A DNA stretch of 64,000 nucleotides from Armatimonadota bacterium (GCA_023511915.1 JAIMAN010000006.1:3284-67283), one strand, 5' to 3'. Numbered from the stretch's first letter, positions 11,059-20,383 are shown. Translations and numbers: made by a program. The notes: generated by a model not told the origin, from the sequence alone.

Positions 11059-11212
11059 TACCAATCGCGGGAACACAGTTTACAAAAACAAGCGCGATTG
11101 AAGACCCCCTCCTTAAGGTTCCCCCTGCGAGCAGGGGGAACCAAACCCTGCGCGGTTCCCCTCGCGAAGCGGGGGGAACCTTGGAAAATTACAAACTCTG
11201 GCTGCGCAGTTG
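11056..11212 (+). repeat. Intergenic hairpin-rich repeat element, copy A (about 157 nt)
   Basis: Starts TGATACCAATCGC at the OMP stop codon. Contains GGTTCCCCCTGCGAGCAGGGGGAACC and GCGGTTCCCCTCGCGAAGCGGGGGGAACC hairpins and ends GCGCAGTTG. Collinear with copy B at 48361. Confidence 0.8.
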
Positions 11213-11216
11213 ACAC

Positions 11217-12023
11217 TTACCACTTTACCGCGCCCTTCTCCTGCAGGCGCAACGCCCACTTGATGCCGCCCAGCAGGTGGCGCTGGTACGCCTCGTCCTG
11301 CCACACATCGAGCCGATGCCCCAGCGCGGTGTAAAACATCCGACCTTTGCCGTACTCGCGGCACCACGCCAGCAGGTAGTCGCCCTCTTTGCCCGCTTGC
11401 GGCGTGCCGTCGTCGGGATGACGATCCATCGACAGCAGCACCTGCACGCGCGGGCGGTTGTTCTCCTTGAACAGGTAAATCTCGTCGAAGACCGTCCACT
11501 CAGGCGCAAGGTGCGCCACGGCGGGATGCTCGGGCTGCTCCACTTTGGCGACCACTTTGGTCTGCTTGCCGTGATAGGCGAACTGTCCCTGCACCATCTC
11601 GAGGTATTCGGGGCGGTTATGGTAGGTGTCGGCGGCGGCGTGGATTCCGATGAATGCCTTGTCGCCCTTGAGCCACTCCAGAAACGCGCCCAAGTCGGGG
11701 ATACCGATGTCGCCCGTCGTGTTCAGGAACACCACGCCGTCGTACTTGCCCGCGTTCAGGAACTCAGGGGTGAGCATCTTTTGCACATCGCCCGCGTCGC
11801 GGCAGTAGTCCACTTCAAAGACGCCGCTGCGTTCGCCAATCTCTGCCAGTATCTTCTCGCCCAGTTCAATCGAGTCGCCGTGACGGAAACCTGCTGTGTG
11901 CGTGACCACCAGAAGACGCTTCTTGCCCGTTTGCATGGTGCGGTTCTCCTTCTGCTCGGCAGGGGCATGGACGCCGAGCCAGCCTGCCAAGCCAAGTATT
12001 AGCAGCGCCATTAGCGTTCGCAT
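11217..12023 (-). CDS. ThuA domain-containing protein (secreted)
   Basis: Signal peptide MRTLMALLILGLAG. LVVTHTAGFRHGDSI and FYTALGHR are typical ThuA motifs. A TATAAT box at 12035-12030 lies 6 nt before ATG 12023. Confidence 0.75.
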   Translation of the reverse strand: MRTLMALLILGLAGWLGVHAPAEQKENRTMQTGKKRLLVVTHTAGFRHGDSIELGEKILAEIGERSGVFEVDYCRDAGDVQKMLTPEFLNAGKYDGVVFLNTTGDIGIPDLGAFLEWLKGDKAFIGIHAAADTYHNRPEYLEMVQGQFAYHGKQTKVVAKVEQPEHPAVAHLAPEWTVFDEIYLFKENNRPRVQVLLSMDRHPDDGTPQAGKEGDYLLAWCREYGKGRMFYTALGHRLDVWQDEAYQRHLLGGIKWALRLQEKGAVKW

Positions 12024-12030
12024 ACTGGGA

Positions 12031-13752
12031 TTATACCTGCCGTGTGGGGACGGCTGCGCCTGCGCCGCGTCGCCACGCCACAACCGCTTCGCCCACCAGC
12101 CACACTGCCAACGCGAAGATGACCGCGCTGAATCCCAGCAGCAGCGTGTTGCCCTGCGCCGCAAAGCCCTGCATGCCGATCACCAGCGCAGATAGCGTCG
12201 CCACGAGCATAAACCCCATCGGCAGCAGCGTATACAGCGTCGGTCGTCCCAGCGAGCGCAAATAGAGCGAGACCACCAGCAGCGACAGCGCCGCCAAGAG
12301 CTGATTCGACGCGCCAAACAGTTGCCACAGCAACGCGCCGACCGACTTCAGCTCGCCCGTGACGGGGTCAGGGGCTTTCAGCAGCGCGAAGAAGCCAATT
12401 AACCCCACTGCCAGCAGCGTACTGACCGTCGGGTTGACCAGCGGCGTGATGCGCCACGCGCGCCCCAGTTCCTGCAGGTTGTAGCGAATCAGGCGTGCGC
12501 CTGTGTCCAGCGTGGTGAGCGCGAAGCCGACCGCCACCGTCGCCACGAACACTTTGGCAAGCGCAAGCGGCACGCCGACCGCGCTCACCATCACGCCCGC
12601 CCCATGCACAAAGTTCGCCAGCGCGCCCTTGCCCGCCGTGAGCCAGTCGGGGTATCGGGACTGCCATTCCGCGCCCAAGCCCGCCGCCACCGCCAGCAGC
12701 GCGAGCGTCGCCAGCAGCCCTTCGGTGAGCATCCCGCCGTAGCCGATTGGCAGCGCGTGGCTCTGGCGGTCTAACTGCCGCACGGTCGTGCCCGACGCCA
12801 CCAACGAGTGAAACCCCGACACCGCACCACACGCAATCGTGATAAACAGCAGTGGGAACATCGGCGGCGCGCCCACAGGCGCAGGGTTGAACGCAGGCGC
12901 GCTCAGCGTGAACCCGCCCACCACCGCGCCCATCAGCAGTAGCCCCATGCCCAGAAACAACTGGAACGAGTTCAGGTAGTCGCGCGGCTGCAGCAGCACC
13001 CACACGGGCAGTAGCGTTGCTGCCAGCGCGTAGCCCAACAGCAGGTAAGTCCAGCGCGGCGCGGTCAACTCCCACCCGAACAGGCTCGTAATCGGGTACT
13101 GCACGCCCAGCCATACGCACAGCAGGCTCGCCAGCAGCGCAGGCAGCGTGAGTTTCGCCAGCGACACACGGTAGCGGTAAAACAGCACGCCCACTGCCAG
13201 CGCAAGCCCAATCAGCGCAGCGCTGGGCAACACCGCTTCGGGCACTTGCGCCCCGCCTGCGCCGCCCGCGCCTGGCGCAAACAGGTTCGCGATGTTAATC
13301 ACGAACACGCCCATCGCCAGCGCAAGTGCGAACACCCCAAACAGCAGAAACAGCGCCCGCGCCCGCGCGCCCGCCACATCGTATGCCAAGTCCGCCACAC
13401 TGCGCGCCCGATTGCGCACGGAACTATACATGCAGCCCAAGTCATGCACCGCGCCGACGAAGATGCACCCCAGCACAATCCACAGCAGCGCGGGAACCCA
13501 GCCCCAAATCACGGCAATCGCGGGACCCAGCAGCGGTCCCAGCCCTGCAATCGACGCGAAGTGATGCCCAAACACCACCAGCGGCGGGGCAGGCACGAAG
13601 TCGCGTCCGTCGCGCAGGGTGTGGGCAGGGGTCGGCTCGGAATCGTCCAGCGGGAACACGCGCGTCGTCAGCCAGCGCCCGTACCAGCGATACGCCAGCG
13701 CCAGCAACATCGCAACGCCCAACAGGATGAGTAGCGCGCTCATACACACCAC
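12031..13752 (-). CDS. cstA: Carbon starvation protein CstA (peptide/pyruvate transporter family)
   Basis: FGHHFASIAGLGPLLGPAIAVIWGWVPALLWIVLGCIFVGAVHD is the conserved CstA N-terminal block. The protein is polytopic. Confidence 0.85.
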   Translation of the reverse strand: MVCMSALLILLGVAMLLALAYRWYGRWLTTRVFPLDDSEPTPAHTLRDGRDFVPAPPLVVFGHHFASIAGLGPLLGPAIAVIWGWVPALLWIVLGCIFVGAVHDLGCMYSSVRNRARSVADLAYDVAGARARALFLLFGVFALALAMGVFVINIANLFAPGAGGAGGAQVPEAVLPSAALIGLALAVGVLFYRYRVSLAKLTLPALLASLLCVWLGVQYPITSLFGWELTAPRWTYLLLGYALAATLLPVWVLLQPRDYLNSFQLFLGMGLLLMGAVVGGFTLSAPAFNPAPVGAPPMFPLLFITIACGAVSGFHSLVASGTTVRQLDRQSHALPIGYGGMLTEGLLATLALLAVAAGLGAEWQSRYPDWLTAGKGALANFVHGAGVMVSAVGVPLALAKVFVATVAVGFALTTLDTGARLIRYNLQELGRAWRITPLVNPTVSTLLAVGLIGFFALLKAPDPVTGELKSVGALLWQLFGASNQLLAALSLLVVSLYLRSLGRPTLYTLLPMGFMLVATLSALVIGMQGFAAQGNTLLLGFSAVIFALAVWLVGEAVVAWRRGAGAAVPTRQV

Positions 13753-13767
13753 AGGGCAGCCGTCGCC

Positions 13768-14118
13768 CTATGGCGCACGATTCGCTGGGGACGGGGCAGA
13801 CTCCTGCAGGTGCGCCTGCAAGAAATGGTCGTGCCCCACATAGTAATGCACGGAATGCTCGGCGGGCTTGAACCACACGATGCCCTTGGGCATCGCGGCA
13901 AACAGCGGCTCCACCACACGGTGCGCCTGCGCCAACTCGATGCGCCCGCCGTCGGTGCGCTCGACGCTGCAGTGCAGCAGGTCGTCCTCGCCCTCGAACT
14001 GGATGCGGTAGCCCTCCACCTCCGCGCGGTAGCGCTCGGCGGCGTCTAAGCGAATCGGCAGCCCTGCCTGAAGGTCTTCAAGCAGGGCGTCCAGCACGCG
14101 CCGAATGGAGTCTGGCAT
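13768..14118 (-). CDS. Hypothetical protein (116 aa) directly downstream of rplU
   Basis: ORF only, with no motif I recognise. It starts 4 nt after the rplU stop. Confidence 0.4.
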   Translation of the reverse strand: MPDSIRRVLDALLEDLQAGLPIRLDAAERYRAEVEGYRIQFEGEDDLLHCSVERTDGGRIELAQAHRVVEPLFAAMPKGIVWFKPAEHSVHYYVGHDHFLQAHLQESAPSPANRAP

Positions 14119-14121
14119 CGC

Positions 14122-14433
14122 TTACGCCTCAATAGACTTGATGCGCAGCACGGTCAGTGGCTGGCGGTGTCCCCAGCGCTTGCGCTCGTTCTTCTTGGGC
14201 TTATACTTGAAGCCGATGATTTTGGGCGCTTTGGTCTGCATGACCACCTCGGCGACGACCTTCGCGCCGTCCACATAGGGCGCGCCGACCTTGATGCCCG
14301 CGTCCGTGCGCACCATCAGCACCTCACCAATCTCGATCTCGGTCCCTGGTTCCGCTTCAATCTTCTCTACGCTCACGACGGTGTTCGGCTCCACGCGGTA
14401 CTGCTTGCCGCCTGTTTGAATAATCGCATACAT
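14122..14433 (-). CDS. rplU: 50S ribosomal protein L21
   Basis: MYAIIQTGGKQYRV... is the canonical L21 start. AGGAGG SD and a TATAAT box at 14466-14461 lie upstream. Confidence 0.95.
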   Translation of the reverse strand: MYAIIQTGGKQYRVEPNTVVSVEKIEAEPGTEIEIGEVLMVRTDAGIKVGAPYVDGAKVVAEVVMQTKAPKIIGFKYKPKKNERKRWGHRQPLTVLRIKSIEA

Positions 14434-14531
14434 CGGTAGTTGCCTCCTGTTCGGACGGGGATTATACCCTATCGGCGCGTGCGGCGCATTCTCTCCGCAA
14501 AAATGCGAGTTTTTTCCAAAACACGGAACTT

Positions 14532-14547
14532 TGGCACGGAAGTTGCT
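14532..14547 (+). promoter_or_regulatory. Sigma-54 promoter (-24/-12): TGGCACGGAAGTTGCT
   Basis: Perfect match to TGGCAC-N5-TTGC, 74 nt upstream of the PEP-CTERM gene ATG at 14621. Confidence 0.75.
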
Positions 14548-14620
14548 TGTCTAAGGGTAGGCTTACGCGGGGTTAATTGTCTGTTGCGCCCGATTCGCCC
14601 CCAAGCCGCAAAGGAGGTTC

Positions 14621-15274
14621 ATGATTATGATACGACGAATGATGACTTCGGTCATGGTTGCCAGCGTGCTGGCAACGGGCGCATTTGCGTCCTGGAATGT
14701 CACGGTGATTAACAGCAGCGGGGTACTCAACCCGCCGTCGACGGTGGTGTCTGTGCCGACGATTGTCACCACTTCGCCCCTGCCACAGATTACCTTCCTG
14801 ACGGGGGCGGCGACGCCGAACCCGATACTGGTCGGCGACGGTACCATGTTTACCAACGGCACCTTCTCGGGCGCCTACTCTATCGCGCCAGCGTCCAGTT
14901 CCGCAGGCATGCTCACGGGCTTCAACTTCGTGATTGCAGGCGTGGTGGACGGCAGCGCGATGATTGTCTGGCAGAAGAAGGTCATCCGCAACTCGGACAA
15001 CGCGGTTCTCTACAACGGCTCGGGCATGTTCGCGGGTTCGGGCTTCGGCGGCACGGATGGCGCGTTCAGCGTGGTCATCCCCGCCGTGCTCTCCGCGCCG
15101 GCGAACGATGTGACCGTGTACGAGAACTTCCTGCTGTTCGTGTTGCCGACGCAGCCTGTGTCCACGGCGGGGCTGTTGCTGGTGGAGCAAGACTGGGTGC
15201 CTGAGCCTGCGAGTATGATTGCGCTCAGCAGCGGGCTGGTCGGACTGCTCGCGCTGCGCCGCCGCAAGCGCTAA
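14621..15274 (+). CDS. PEP-CTERM sorting domain protein (paralog 1)
   Basis: Has a signal peptide and a C-terminal VPEPASMIALSSGLVGLLALRRRKR (PEP motif, TM segment, basic tail). GGAGG SD present. Confidence 0.85.
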   Translation: MIMIRRMMTSVMVASVLATGAFASWNVTVINSSGVLNPPSTVVSVPTIVTTSPLPQITFLTGAATPNPILVGDGTMFTNGTFSGAYSIAPASSSAGMLTGFNFVIAGVVDGSAMIVWQKKVIRNSDNAVLYNGSGMFAGSGFGGTDGAFSVVIPAVLSAPANDVTVYENFLLFVLPTQPVSTAGLLLVEQDWVPEPASMIALSSGLVGLLALRRRKR

Positions 15275-15307
15275 GGCGTTTCCGCTGTATCCTCCTGACC
15301 GTAGCGC

Positions 15308-15342
15308 AGGGCGGGCTTCGTGCCCGCCCTGTTTTTGTTTTT
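15308..15342 (+). terminator. Rho-independent terminator
   Basis: AGGGCGGGC-TTCG-TGCCCGCCCT followed by GTTTTTGTTTTT. Confidence 0.8.
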
Positions 15343-15392
15343 CACAGGCGAAAAACGCCAAAAATACCAGTTTTTGCGCGAAAAAAGGCGTT

Positions 15393-15408
15393 TGGCACAC
15401 AAGTTGCT
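15393..15408 (+). promoter_or_regulatory. Sigma-54 promoter (-24/-12): TGGCACACAAGTTGCT
   Basis: Perfect TGGCAC-N5-TTGC, 56 nt upstream of ATG 15464. A-tract palindromes (GGCGAAAAACGCC, TTTTTGCGCGAAAAA) lie just upstream. Confidence 0.75.
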
Positions 15409-15463
15409 CAAATAAGCCTCAGTGCGCGTCTCCAACGCGCCAAACAGAAACGGAGGAACCATC

Positions 15464-16147
15464 ATGAAACGAGTTCTGGCAACTCTGGGAGTCTTGGCTG
15501 TGTTCACGAGCGCGTTCGCCTCGTGGAATGTGACGATGCATACCAGTTCGGGTTCGCTTGTCTCGCCGTTCACGGCGATTCAGGTGCCTGTGCTGCTGAA
15601 CACTTCGGGTCCCTTCTTTGCGCCGTCGCCGACGGTGTCGGTCAGCACGCCGCCTCAGATCACCTTCCTGACCGCGGCTGCTGTGCCGCATCCGCTGATT
15701 GTGGGGCTGGGCACAGGCTACACCGTGGGCGGCTTCACAGGGCAGTACACCATCAACGACCCGACGAACAGCATGCCGTTGCTGAACGGCTTCAACTTCG
15801 TGATTGCGGGGTTTGTACAAGACTACGGGCGTATCACTTGGTACAAGAAAGTGGTGCGCAACTCGGACAACGCGATTCTGTGGGAAGCCAGCGGCGCGAT
15901 TCTGGGCGGCGCGTACACGGGCGGCTCGAACGGCGCGTTCAATGTCGTGATACCCGCCGCGCTCTCCGCGCCCGCCAACGATGTGACCGTGTACGAGACC
16001 TTCCAGTTGGGCGGGATCATCACGCGCGACTCGGCTGCCGCGCTGATGCTGGTTGAGCAGGACTGGACCGTCGTGCCAGAGCCTGCCAGCCTGATTGCGC
16101 TGGCGACGGGGCTGGGCGGCATCGTGCTGCGTCGCCGCCGACGCTAA
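15464..16147 (+). CDS. PEP-CTERM sorting domain protein (paralog 2)
   Basis: MKRVLATLGVLAVFTSAFASWNVT... is collinear with paralog 1 (FASWNVT, PPQITFLT, LNGFNFVIAG, SAPANDVTVYE, LVEQDW). The C-terminus is VPEPASLIALATGLGGIVLRRRRR. Confidence 0.85.
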   Translation: MKRVLATLGVLAVFTSAFASWNVTMHTSSGSLVSPFTAIQVPVLLNTSGPFFAPSPTVSVSTPPQITFLTAAAVPHPLIVGLGTGYTVGGFTGQYTINDPTNSMPLLNGFNFVIAGFVQDYGRITWYKKVVRNSDNAILWEASGAILGGAYTGGSNGAFNVVIPAALSAPANDVTVYETFQLGGIITRDSAAALMLVEQDWTVVPEPASLIALATGLGGIVLRRRRR

Positions 16148-16181
16148 GCGTACCATCCTCCTTTCGCAGGTGGACACACAC

Positions 16182-16208
16182 GGGGCGGTCGCTGACCGCC
16201 CTTTTTTT
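16182..16208 (+). terminator. Rho-independent terminator
   Basis: GGGCGGTC-GCTG-ACCGCCC followed by TTTTTTT. Confidence 0.8.
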
Positions 16209-16250
16209 CGTGGCAGGAGAAACCGCCGCGCTCGCGAATCGTCTTTCTGT

Positions 16251-17615
16251 ATGACGATGCAACGACGCATTTGGGGAGGCGTGTTCACGTTTCTGTGCGC
16301 CGTGATTCTGGCAGGCTGCGGCGAGAACGGCAAGGTCGGCGTCGTGTCAGGCACGATTACCGACATCGAGGGCGACCCCGTCGCCGACGCCGAAGTGTTC
16401 CCCGCCAACGCCGTCAACAGCCGTACCCGCTCGCTGCACAACGGCACCTACTACCTGACGAATGTGCCCGACCGCTTCACGGTCATCCGCGCCCGCGCGG
16501 TCATCAACGGCGTGGAATACACGGGGCAAAATATCGCGCAGGTGTTCGAAAACGAGCAGTCCAAAAATGTGAACATCATGATTGCGCCTGCGAATCGTCA
16601 GGGCGCGGTGGAGGGCTTTGTGCGCGACGCGCTGGGGCGCGGGATTGAAGGCGCGCGGGTGTTTGCAGGCGGCGCGCTCAGCAGCGCGCTGGCGGTCACC
16701 GACCGTCGCGGCTTCTACCGCATCGCCGGGCTGCCCGCAGGCTACGAGTACCCCATCGTCGCCTCCGCGCCCGACTACGAGAACGACACGCGCACGGTCT
16801 CCATCGTCGCTGGAGAGACCGCCCTCGTCAGCTTCACGCTGAACAGCTCGGTAAACCGCCCCGTGCAGACGCCCATCAACCTCTCGGCGACCGCATGGAC
16901 GATGCCGCGCGTGCTGACCGCCACGCGCAGCACCCCGCGCGAGCGCGACGCCTATAACGCCATCCGAGCCCTGTTCGACGACAAGCCGCGCCCGCGCCGC
17001 GCCGTCGCCTCGCGCTCGACCAGCGACTACTGGATCGAAATCGACCTCAGTTGGGACTACGAGGAGCAACTCAGCCTGCTGGGCTACGGGATTTACCGCG
17101 GGCGCACAATCGACGAACTCAACCGCAACGCGATTGCGTTTCTGCGCGACCCGCTGGCGGACTTTTTCGCCGACTTAGACCCCGCCCTGCAGCCGAATGT
17201 GACCTACTTCTACGAGATGGTCGCGCTGAACACCGACTACCTGAACGACCTACCTGGCACGGTGTCGGGGCGGAGCAACCGCGTGAGCGCGCGCCCGTTC
17301 ACGCCCATCGCCATTACCCGCCCGTTCCCCAACGAAATCGTGGACGGTCTGATCCTGCAGTGGACGCCCGTGCCCAACGCCGATTACTATCTGGTGCTGA
17401 TTTACGACCGCTTCCCCGACTACCAAGTCGCGCCCTACTTCCCCACCGACCTGAACAATCCTGGCGCGGCGAAGGTGTTCGCCCCCGCGACCGCGCTGGT
17501 CTACACGGGACCCGCGCTGGTTAGCGGGCGCACCTACTACGCGGTGGTGCTGGCGTTCACCAACAACCGCAACACCCGCGCGATTAGCCAAATCGTGCCG
17601 TTCCAAGCGCGTTAG
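16251..17615 (+). CDS. Lipoprotein with carboxypeptidase-regulatory-like (CarboxypepD_reg) repeats
   Basis: Lipobox VILAGC after [17 protein letters not shown]. Two G-x-V-x-D-x-x-G-x-P-(I/V)-x-x-A-x-V type repeats are present ([34 protein letters not shown]). Confidence 0.6.
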   Translation: MTMQRRIWGGVFTFLCAVILAGCGENGKVGVVSGTITDIEGDPVADAEVFPANAVNSRTRSLHNGTYYLTNVPDRFTVIRARAVINGVEYTGQNIAQVFENEQSKNVNIMIAPANRQGAVEGFVRDALGRGIEGARVFAGGALSSALAVTDRRGFYRIAGLPAGYEYPIVASAPDYENDTRTVSIVAGETALVSFTLNSSVNRPVQTPINLSATAWTMPRVLTATRSTPRERDAYNAIRALFDDKPRPRRAVASRSTSDYWIEIDLSWDYEEQLSLLGYGIYRGRTIDELNRNAIAFLRDPLADFFADLDPALQPNVTYFYEMVALNTDYLNDLPGTVSGRSNRVSARPFTPIAITRPFPNEIVDGLILQWTPVPNADYYLVLIYDRFPDYQVAPYFPTDLNNPGAAKVFAPATALVYTGPALVSGRTYYAVVLAFTNNRNTRAISQIVPFQAR

Positions 17616-17631
17616 GTATAATCCCTCGCCG

Positions 17632-18699
17632 ATGAGCGAGCGCAAACGGGTGCTGACGGGCGACCGACCCACGGGCAAACTGCACCTGGGGCACTATGTC
17701 GGGTCGCTGCAGAATCGCGTGCAACTGCAGGACGAGTACGAGTGCTACTTCCTGATTGCTGACCTGCATATGCTGACCACGCGCCCCACCCACGAAGACA
17801 TCGAAGAGATGCGCACTAACATCCGCGAGATGGTGCTGGACTACCTCGCGGTGGGCATTGACCCGCACAAGTCCACGATTTACCTGCAGTCGGCGGTGCA
17901 TGCGGTCTACGAGATGAACCTGATCTTCGAGATGCTGGTCTCGTTGCCGCGCCTGACGCGCCTGCCCAGCCTGAAAGACATGGCGCGCGCCGCCAACATC
18001 GACGACGAGTCCATCCCCTTCGGGCTGATTGGCTACCCTGTGCTGCAGGCGGCGGACATCCTGATGCCCCGCGCACACCTTGTGCCCGTCGGCAAGGACA
18101 ACGAGGCGCATGTCGAAATCACGCGCGAGATCGCCCGCCGATTCAATCACCTCTACGGTGAGGTGTTCCCCATCCCCGATGTGATGCTCAGCGAGGTGCC
18201 CACCCTCGTCGGCACGGACGGGCAAGCCAAGATGAGCAAGAGCCTCGGCAACGCGATTTTCCTCTCCGACGACCCCAAGACCGTCGAGAAAAAGGTGCGC
18301 GCGATGTATACCGACCCCAAACGCATCCGCGCCGACATCCCCGGCACGGTGGAGGGCAACCCCGTGTTCATCTACCACGACATCTTCAACCCCGACCGCG
18401 AGGAAGTGGACGACCTCAAGACGCGCTATCGGCAGGGGCGCGTCGGCGATGTGGAGGTCAAGGAGAAACTCGCGCGCGCCCTGAACGCCTTCTTAGACCC
18501 CATCCGCGAGCGGCGCGAGCAGTTCGCCCAAGAGCGCGGGCTGGTGGAAGAGATTATCTACACAGGCACGCTGAAAATGCGCCACATCGCTGACGAGACG
18601 CTGGAGGCGATGAAGCAGGCGATGGGGCTGCGCGGCATCTGGCGCAACATCGAACGCAAGGCGCGCGAGCGGATGAAAGACACGCCCCCAACCCCTTGA
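17632..18699 (+). CDS. trpS: Tryptophan--tRNA ligase
   Basis: Has [10 protein letters not shown] (HIGH-type) and KMSKSLGN motifs. A TATAAT box at 17617-17622 lies 9 nt before the ATG. Confidence 0.9.
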   Translation: MSERKRVLTGDRPTGKLHLGHYVGSLQNRVQLQDEYECYFLIADLHMLTTRPTHEDIEEMRTNIREMVLDYLAVGIDPHKSTIYLQSAVHAVYEMNLIFEMLVSLPRLTRLPSLKDMARAANIDDESIPFGLIGYPVLQAADILMPRAHLVPVGKDNEAHVEITREIARRFNHLYGEVFPIPDVMLSEVPTLVGTDGQAKMSKSLGNAIFLSDDPKTVEKKVRAMYTDPKRIRADIPGTVEGNPVFIYHDIFNPDREEVDDLKTRYRQGRVGDVEVKEKLARALNAFLDPIRERREQFAQERGLVEEIIYTGTLKMRHIADETLEAMKQAMGLRGIWRNIERKARERMKDTPPTP

Positions 18700-18896
18700 C
18701 ACGCCCACTACGCTGGGGTATAATAATACCGAATCGCGCAGTTGCCCCTCGCTGCATCGCAACGAAGCGTGCAGACCCCCTACGCGCTGCCCGATTGCCC
18801 GCACCTGTCGGCGACGCTGCCGCCTCAGCATGCGCGCATACCCGCGCGCCCCCTGGCGACACGCCAGAAACCAAAACTAACTCAGAGGAGGATCGT

Positions 18897-20312
18897 ATGA
18901 GTCCACGCGAAGCAATTCAGTTCGCGCGCGAGCATAACGCGCGTGTGGTCGATGTCAAGTTCACCGATCTGTTCGGCATGTGGCATCACTTCTCGATGCC
19001 GATTGAAGCGTTCACCGACGAGATGTTCGAGGAGGGCATCGGCTTCGATGGCTCCTCCATTCGCGGCTTCCAGTCCATCAATGTCTCCGACATGCTGCTG
19101 CTGCCCGACGCCGAGACCGTGTTTATGGACCCGTTCCCCGAAGTGCCGACCGTGAGCGTGATTTGCAATGTAGTAGACCCCATCACGCGCGAGCGGTACA
19201 CACGCGACCCGCGCTATGTGGCGCAGAAAGCGGAGACCTACCTACGCTCGACGGGCGTCGCCGACACCGCCTACTTCGGTCCCGAAGTGGAGTTCTATGT
19301 GTTCAACGATGTGCGCTACGCGCAGGGCGCGCACTTCGGCTACTACTACATCGACTCGGACGAGGGCGAATGGAACACGGGGCGCGAGGAGAAGCCGAAT
19401 CTGGGCTACAAGATGCGCCTCAAGGGCGGCTACTTCCCCTGCCCGCCGTCGGATACGCTGCAAGACCTGCGCACCGAGATGATGCTCACCCTGCAGGAGG
19501 TCGGCATCGAGGTAGAGGTGCAGCACCACGAGGTCGGCGCGGCAGGTCAGGCAGAGATCGACATCAAGTACGATACCCTTGTGCGCGTCGCCGATAAGGT
19601 GCAACTCTATAAATATGTGATTCGGAATGTCGCCGAGCGCAACGGCTACACCGTAACTTTTATGCCCAAGCCCATCTTTCAGGACAACGGCTCAGGCATG
19701 CACACGCACCAGAGCCTGTGGAAGGGCGGGGTGAACATGTTTTACGACGAGCGGGGCTACGCGCTGCTGTCGGACACGGCGCGCTACTATATCGGCGGGC
19801 TGCTCAAGCACGCGCCTGCAATCTTGGCGTTCGCCGCGCCGACCACCAACTCGTACCGCCGCTTGGTGCCCGGCTACGAGGCGCCAATCAACCTTGTTTA
19901 CAGTCAGCGCAACCGCAGCGCGTGCATCCGCATCCCGACCTACTCCAGCAGCCCGAAAGCGCGGCGCATCGAGTTCCGCGCGCCCGACCCGACGGCGAAC
20001 CCGTACTTGGCGTTCGCGGCGATGGTGATGGCAGGGCTGGACGGCATCCAGAACCGCATCGAGCCGCCCGACCCCATCGACAAAGACCTCTACGAGCTGC
20101 CGCCCGACGAGCGCAAGGGCATCCCGACCACACCGCCGACGCTTGCCGACGCACTGAATGCGCTTGAGCACGACCACGAGTTCCTGATGCGCGGCGGGGT
20201 GTTCACGCCCGACCTGCTGGAGACCTACATCGAGTACAAGCGCGTCAAGGAGGTGGACGCTATCCTGCTGCGCCCGCACCCCTACGAGTTCGCGCTCTAC
20301 TTTGACGCTTAA
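18897..20312 (+). CDS. glnA: Glutamine synthetase type I
   Basis: MSPREAIQFAREHNARVVDVKFTDLFGMWHHF..., GSGMHTHQSLW and NSYRRLVPGYEAP are present. Start at ATG 18897 with GAGGAGG; the track start 18696 is an extension. Confidence 0.9.
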   Translation: MSPREAIQFAREHNARVVDVKFTDLFGMWHHFSMPIEAFTDEMFEEGIGFDGSSIRGFQSINVSDMLLLPDAETVFMDPFPEVPTVSVICNVVDPITRERYTRDPRYVAQKAETYLRSTGVADTAYFGPEVEFYVFNDVRYAQGAHFGYYYIDSDEGEWNTGREEKPNLGYKMRLKGGYFPCPPSDTLQDLRTEMMLTLQEVGIEVEVQHHEVGAAGQAEIDIKYDTLVRVADKVQLYKYVIRNVAERNGYTVTFMPKPIFQDNGSGMHTHQSLWKGGVNMFYDERGYALLSDTARYYIGGLLKHAPAILAFAAPTTNSYRRLVPGYEAPINLVYSQRNRSACIRIPTYSSSPKARRIEFRAPDPTANPYLAFAAMVMAGLDGIQNRIEPPDPIDKDLYELPPDERKGIPTTPPTLADALNALEHDHEFLMRGGVFTPDLLETYIEYKRVKEVDAILLRPHPYEFALYFDA

Positions 20313-20345
20313 GCCCCTCTCCCACCGTGTGAGCTTAGGCTTAAG

Positions 20346-20383
20346 GGGGTAGGTTTTTTCTAAGGGTGCGGAAACCTACCCCT
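20346..20383. terminator. Hairpin between convergent glnA and trpD (GGGGTAGGTTT...AAACCTACCCC)
   Basis: An 11-bp stem with a T-run inside the 5' arm/loop on the plus strand. Confidence 0.5.

Noticed and set aside
14593-14605. Reading GATTCGCCCCC / GGAATCGGGGC as a simple hairpin riboswitch-like stem
   Set aside because: The complementary blocks are in A-B...A'-B' order, not A-B...B'-A', so they cannot form a single hairpin. They are treated as a DNA motif instead.
17600-17631. T-box, attenuator or riboswitch leaders for trpS, tyrS, trpD, hisA and ribE
   Set aside because: The -10 boxes lie 6-9 nt from the start codons, leaving no room for a regulatory leader. No specifier or antiterminator structures were seen.
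18696-18896. 67-codon N-terminal extension of glnA
   Set aside because: Canonical GS-I begins at MSPREAIQF, which has a strong GAGGAGG SD. The extension is Ala/Arg/Pro-rich and overlaps the trpS stop.
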